Shown in pieces: positions 37,178-40,662 of a DNA stretch of 40,662 bases. Origin of the DNA: Chthoniobacterales bacterium (lineage in GTDB: Bacteria > Verrucomicrobiota > Verrucomicrobiia > Chthoniobacterales > UBA10450); the NCBI GenBank assembly GCA_035568735.1, contig DATMNS010000208.1, positions 1 to 40,662 on the forward strand, read 5' to 3'. The notes under the pieces were generated by a model, which was given only the letters and a program-made list of their open reading frames with translations, ran no database searches and had not been told where the DNA came from. Position 1 is the first letter of the stretch, and each line of letters opens with the position of its first letter. A program made the position numbers and the translations under genes.

Positions 37178-38977
37178 ATGAACCATCAAGCCTTTTTCCC
37201 GTTTGCCAAACTCAATCTCGCTCTGATTGCTTCTCTTTTCTTCCTCGCCCCGGTCCCCCGAGCGGTCCGCGCCGAAACTGCATCGCAAGAATCCGAGCCC
37301 ACGGAGGTCTACGCCACCGCGTCCGACGGAACCATACTCCACTGGGTCGTTTACACGCCAGCGGGTGCCGGCCCCTGGCCTGCGGTCCTCGTCATTCACG
37401 GCGGCGGCTTCAAAGGCGGAACCCCAACCAGTTCGCCCGAATCGGTCAGCTGCGGACGCGATTTGGCCGCCGCTGGATTCATCGCTTTTTCGATCGAATA
37501 CCGGCTGGCGCCGCCAGGATCATTGCTCGGCCAGGTGACCGACGGACGTTTCCCCGACCAACCGGATGACGTCAAACTCGCTGTGTTGGCAGCGCGCAAC
37601 GACGCCCGCTGCAACGGTCAGGTCGGTTCCGTTGGCGGTTCGGCCGGCGGCTACGAGACAGCCTTTGTCGCGGGCGCGGGAACGATCGGGCAGGACCGGA
37701 TCGACGTCGGTGTCAGCCTTTCCGGAGCCTACGATTTGTCAGACTTTAGCCCGGATCCTGACATTCAAGTCTTTGCGGACGACGTGACGAATTACGTCGG
37801 ATGCACAACGCTTGATACCGGGTTGTTGCGCGCCGCATCTCCCGCCTATCTCGCCGACAGCAATACCGCACCGCTCTTCATCGTCCACACCGAGCAGGAC
37901 CCGATGCCCTTTAGTCAGGTCGCTGATATGACGACCCAGCTCGATGCCCTGGGTGTGACAAATTACCAGGCTCTTACACTGGCCGGGAACCAGCATTCGT
38001 TTTCCTACTGGCCTACGGTGAAAGATCAGGCGATTGGATTTCTGGGGTCCTGGTTCGCGGGCGTCCCTCCCCCTCCGCTCCCCACTCCCACGCCAACTGC
38101 GACGCCGACCGCAACGCCGACGCCAACGCCGTCGCCTTCTCCGACCGCCACGCCAGATCAAACGGCTTCGCCCGCACCGCCGCCGGTGATCGCCCCTACT
38201 CCGACCAAAATGCTGCTTAACGTCTCAACTCGGGTGCGCGTCGAGAGCGGGAGCAGCGTCATGATCGGGGGCTTCATCATCACCGGCGACGTGGCCAAGA
38301 AAGTGGCCATGCGAGCGATCGGGCCATCTCTGGCTGACGCTGGCGTGAGCGGCGTGCTCGCCGACCCGGTGCTGGAGTTATATGACTCCACCGGAAGCCT
38401 GATCGCACAAAATGACAATTGCTCTTCGCTGCCGCCGGACAGCATCCCTGCGGATTTGAAACCGACCGACGGGCACGAATCCTTCATCGCCGTCACCCTG
38501 CCTCCAGGGAGTTACACGGGAGTCCTGCGCGGAGCAAACGGCGCTTCCGGGATAGGCCTCTTCGAGCTTTACGATCTGGATCCTGCCAGCTCGCGTATTA
38601 GCAATATTTCCACCCGCGGCGACGTCGGAACCGGCAGCGACGTAATGATCGGAGGCTTTATCATCGGCGGCGCCGAGCCGACGAAAGTAATTGTGCGAGC
38701 GATCGGTCCCTCGCTCGTCGCCGAGAATATTTCGGATGCGCTGCCCGATCCACTCCTCGAACTATACGACAGCAACGGCTCGCTCATCTTCACGAATGAC
38801 AACTGGCGGACCACTCAGGAACAGCAAATCATCGATTCAGGCGTCCCACCCAGCGATGACCGTGAATCGGCGATCGTGGCCACGCTGCTTCCGGGAAGTT
38901 ACACGGCGACGGTTCGTGACGCTGGGCTGGCCACTGGCATAGCCCTGATCGAAGTCTACAACCAGGAGTCAAACTAA
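37178..38977 (+). CDS. Secreted alpha/beta hydrolase (esterase/lipase-type, HGGGF + GGSAG) with a PT-linker and two tandem C-terminal beta-sandwich-like modules
   Basis: Signal MNHQAFFPFAKLNLALIASLFFLAPVPRAVRA, oxyanion VIHGGGF and nucleophile elbow GGSAG. PT-rich linker at 38066-38209. Duplicated ~125-aa modules at 38216-38581 and 38597-38974. Alternative starts at 37145 and 37166. Confidence 0.8.
   Translation: MNHQAFFPFAKLNLALIASLFFLAPVPRAVRAETASQESEPTEVYATASDGTILHWVVYTPAGAGPWPAVLVIHGGGFKGGTPTSSPESVSCGRDLAAAGFIAFSIEYRLAPPGSLLGQVTDGRFPDQPDDVKLAVLAARNDARCNGQVGSVGGSAGGYETAFVAGAGTIGQDRIDVGVSLSGAYDLSDFSPDPDIQVFADDVTNYVGCTTLDTGLLRAASPAYLADSNTAPLFIVHTEQDPMPFSQVADMTTQLDALGVTNYQALTLAGNQHSFSYWPTVKDQAIGFLGSWFAGVPPPPLPTPTPTATPTATPTPTPSPSPTATPDQTASPAPPPVIAPTPTKMLLNVSTRVRVESGSSVMIGGFIITGDVAKKVAMRAIGPSLADAGVSGVLADPVLELYDSTGSLIAQNDNCSSLPPDSIPADLKPTDGHESFIAVTLPPGSYTGVLRGANGASGIGLFELYDLDPASSRISNISTRGDVGTGSDVMIGGFIIGGAEPTKVIVRAIGPSLVAENISDALPDPLLELYDSNGSLIFTNDNWRTTQEQQIIDSGVPPSDDRESAIVATLLPGSYTATVRDAGLATGIALIEVYNQESN
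38216..38974 (+). repeat. Internal duplication: two diverged copies of a ~125-aa module (NxSTR…V.IGGFII.G…K.V..RAIGPSL…L.DP.LELYDS.GSLI..NDN…PGSYT…)
   Basis: The two protein segments (aa 358-479 and 485-610 of the 610-aa ORF) align by eye with many identical positions. The ending (L.PGSYT..V…G.GL.E.Y) is reminiscent of pre-peptidase C-terminal (PPC) type domains. Confidence 0.7.
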
Positions 38978-38984
38978 AGTTCTT

Positions 38985-39020
38985 GAGCGCCGGCGGAACG
39001 CAGGTGTCCCGTCCGCGCTC
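38985..39020. terminator. Possible bidirectional hairpin between convergent genes
   Basis: GAGCGC…GGAACG-caggtgtc-CCGTCC-GCGCTC is an imperfect stem-loop between the hydrolase stop (38977) and the DUF1844 stop (39048). No clear T-tract. Confidence 0.25.
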
Positions 39021-39047
39021 CCAGGAAAATGGCACACCCGCGCCAGC

Positions 39048-39488
39048 CTAGGCACCGTAGGTCTTGGTGAACTTCTTTTTCGACTCTGTCTCGGGTTCGG
39101 TAACGGCGGACGGTGGCGCCTCGCCCGGCGGCGAGCCAGCTGCGGGAGCGCCGGGTTCAACGTCGGGCGCTGCTCCCGAAGCGGGCGCCGGCGTCCGTCC
39201 CGGCCTCCCGCTCTGCGATGCCTCCACAAAAGCCATCTGCAGGCTCGAGAGTGCATTGCGCAGCACGGTTGATTCTTCGCTCGTTAGGTTGCCGCGGGTC
39301 TTTTCCTGAATCATCGCCAATTGGTCGATGAAGAGGCGAGCGACCTCCAGGTTGACCTCCGCCTGGCCGGTCTGCGGGTTGGGAATCTGGCCGAGAAAAA
39401 GTGCGGCATTTTGCGCCTGCATCATGACGAACTCGATGAAGCGCTGAGTCAATTCTCCGGACTGGGTGGTGGTTTGGACTTCGGCCAT
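39048..39488 (-). CDS. DUF1844 domain protein
   Basis: …FIEFVMMQAQNAALFLGQIPNPQTGQAEVNLEVARLFIDQLAMIQEKTRGNLTSEE… matches my recollection of DUF1844. 146 aa. Confidence 0.8.
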   Translation of the reverse strand: MAEVQTTTQSGELTQRFIEFVMMQAQNAALFLGQIPNPQTGQAEVNLEVARLFIDQLAMIQEKTRGNLTSEESTVLRNALSSLQMAFVEASQSGRPGRTPAPASGAAPDVEPGAPAAGSPPGEAPPSAVTEPETESKKKFTKTYGA

Positions 39489-39525
39489 AATGAGTAGTGA
39501 GGTTGAGGAGTTAGGTTAGCAACGG

Positions 39526-40662
39526 TTAAATGTGGGACGCTGGCCTCACCGTAGCGAGAGCGTAAGGTTGTTGAAAATATTTTGCTGCCACCCTTTGCAC
39601 GTCGTCTGGCGTGACCAGCCCGACCTCGTCTTCCAGCTTCCGGTAGTGGTCAAAACCGAGGCCATAGAGCTCGTCGAGCGCCACCATGTAAGCGAAGGAG
39701 TCGTTGCTTTGGTTGGCAATTCGTTGCTGGCCGATGAGCTTTTTCTTCGCCCGCGTCAACTCTTCGTTCGTTAGGCCGGCAGCGGCCAGCTTTCCAATCT
39801 CATCGAGAAGCGCGGCCGTGACCGGCTTGAGCTTGGCGGGGTCCGTCCCGAGATAAAAGGCGAACAACCCCGGAACCAGTCCCTGCATCTGGCTTGTGCC
39901 CACGTAATAGGCCAGCCCCATCTCCTCGCGGATGCGGACGAAAAAGCGCGATCCGAGATCGCTGCTCGCTTCGTCGATCAGCTCCAGCGCGTAGCGATCC
40001 GGGCTAAACAGGCCGGCGCCACGGTACCCGACCATCAGGACGCCCTGAGCCTTCTCTTTCACTTCCTCGACCGCGATCGTCTTCGCGAGCCGGGGCGGTG
40101 ACGGCGCGTCGGTCAGGGCGAGTTCACCCGCAGGCATCGCGCTGAGTATTTGCTCGAAAAGTTGCTTCACCTCAGCGGCCTTCACACTGCCGAAAACAGA
40201 GATGACGCCATTCTTCGCCACGAGATAACGCGTGCGGAAAGCGAGCAGATCCTTCTGCGTAAGCTGTGCGACTGCTTCCGGTGTCCCTTTCGCCCGCAGG
40301 GCGTAGGGATGCTGGCCGAAAAGCGCGGCCCGCAGGATGTTGCGCGCGACCGTTGTCAGCTGTTCTTCGTCATCGCGGAGACCGGCGAGCTGCACTTCCT
40401 TTTCCCGGGCGACGGCTTTTTCGGGCATCGTGGCGTTGAGCAAAATGTCGCCAAGCACCTCCGCGCCGAGTCGCAGATCGGGTTTGGTGACCTCAAGCGA
40501 AATGTTGAAGCTGTTATTGCCCGCATCGCTCCCGAGGGTGCCGCCGACGGCCTCGATCGTGTCGGCAATCTGCTCGGCGGTGCGGGTTTTGGTTCCCTTC
40601 ACCAACACCTTGGCCATCAAGCGGGTCAGGCCGCTGGTCGCCCGCGTCTCGGCGAGCAAACC
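39526..40662 (-). CDS. M16 family (insulinase/pitrilysin-like) peptidase; N-terminus outside the window
   Basis: The frame is open to the window edge, so the listed TTG start is internal. This is the typical M16 C-terminal inactive-half architecture (…LGSRFFVRIREEMGLAYYVG…). The HxxEH region would lie beyond 40662. Confidence 0.85.
   Translation of the reverse strand, partial: GLLAETRATSGLTRLMAKVLVKGTKTRTAEQIADTIEAVGGTLGSDAGNNSFNISLEVTKPDLRLGAEVLGDILLNATMPEKAVAREKEVQLAGLRDDEEQLTTVARNILRAALFGQHPYALRAKGTPEAVAQLTQKDLLAFRTRYLVAKNGVISVFGSVKAAEVKQLFEQILSAMPAGELALTDAPSPPRLAKTIAVEEVKEKAQGVLMVGYRGAGLFSPDRYALELIDEASSDLGSRFFVRIREEMGLAYYVGTSQMQGLVPGLFAFYLGTDPAKLKPVTAALLDEIGKLAAAGLTNEELTRAKKKLIGQQRIANQSNDSFAYMVALDELYGLGFDHYRKLEDEVGLVTPDDVQRVAAKYFQQPYALATVRPASHI

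Larger units (their letters stand above)
3133..39776. repeat. Dispersed 9-mer GCCTAACGA / TCGTTAGGC, 28 exact copies
   Basis: GCCTAACGA on the + strand starts at 5849, 7719, 8653, 10099, 14453, 15498, 24260, 25690, 26086, 27395, 28863, 30078 and 35033. TCGTTAGGC on the + strand starts at 3133, 13789, 15587, 15798, 17675, 19828, 20417, 22272, 25139, 26772, 29705, 32904, 33269, 35949 and 39768. All were found by reading the sequence. Flanking bases are not conserved beyond a weak pyrimidine preference 5' of the G. Confidence 0.9.

Noticed and set aside
3133-39776. The 9-mer as a Chi- or KOPS/AIMS-type polar signal
   Set aside because: Those signals are strongly strand-skewed along a replichore. 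Here the two orientations (13 vs 15) are interleaved across the whole window. Only a genome-wide analysis can settle this.
3133-39776. The 9-mer as an adapter, vector or assembly artefact, or as a mobile-element end
   Set aside because: The copies never interrupt a reading frame, flanks are unrelated, and they sit in conserved parts of housekeeping proteins. This is consistent with native sequence under selection.
3133-39776. The TTAGGC core resembling nematode or insect telomere repeats
   Set aside because: The copies are single and non-tandem in a clearly bacterial gene context, so the resemblance is coincidental.
1-40662. Search for tRNA, rRNA, CRISPR, integrase, transposase, toxin-antitoxin or classical defence genes
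   Set aside because: I recognised none by eye. The window reads as core chromosome rather than an accessory island.

Overview
GC-rich (~60%+) bacterial chromosomal segment, densely packed with about 37 genes on both strands and almost entirely housekeeping. From gene content and Pro/Thr-rich linkers it looks like a PVC/Verrucomicrobiota-type genome, but that is inference only. Gene order: secDF (5' cut by the window), rpsU, then a long minus-strand block holding a non-canonical Hsp70 triad (J-like/FGE-sulfatase protein, short Hsp70, GrpE-like) directly behind a haem operon (hemX-like, hemA, hemC, cobA/hemD). Next come apt, queF-queC, an NlpC/P60 peptidase, an M20 peptidase, an APC permease, smc, an M48 peptidase, DUF1330, a TamB/AsmA-like giant protein, DUF4230, a transglutaminase-like protein, recF, yqgE/algH, ald, a GH15 hydrolase, two GNATs flanking a bacterial type IB topoisomerase, a secreted alpha/beta hydrolase with a duplicated C-terminal module, DUF1844 and an M16 peptidase (cut by the window). 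I found no rRNA, tRNA, CRISPR array, transposase, integrase or prophage genes. The strongest signal is not a gene. The 9-mer GCCTAACGA / TCGTTAGGC occurs 28 times exactly, against roughly 0.3 expected from base composition. It appears in both orientations, in 19 different genes and 2 spacers, in every stop-free reading frame, and built from codons that a GC-rich genome normally avoids. In density and behaviour it resembles the DNA uptake sequences of Neisseriaceae and Pasteurellaceae. I do not know of such a signal being described for this kind of genome. The second candidate is the Hsp70/GrpE-like/J-like-FGE triad, whose FGE domain lacks the catalytic cysteine pair. Exact start codons for several genes, and all promoter and terminator calls, are tentative.
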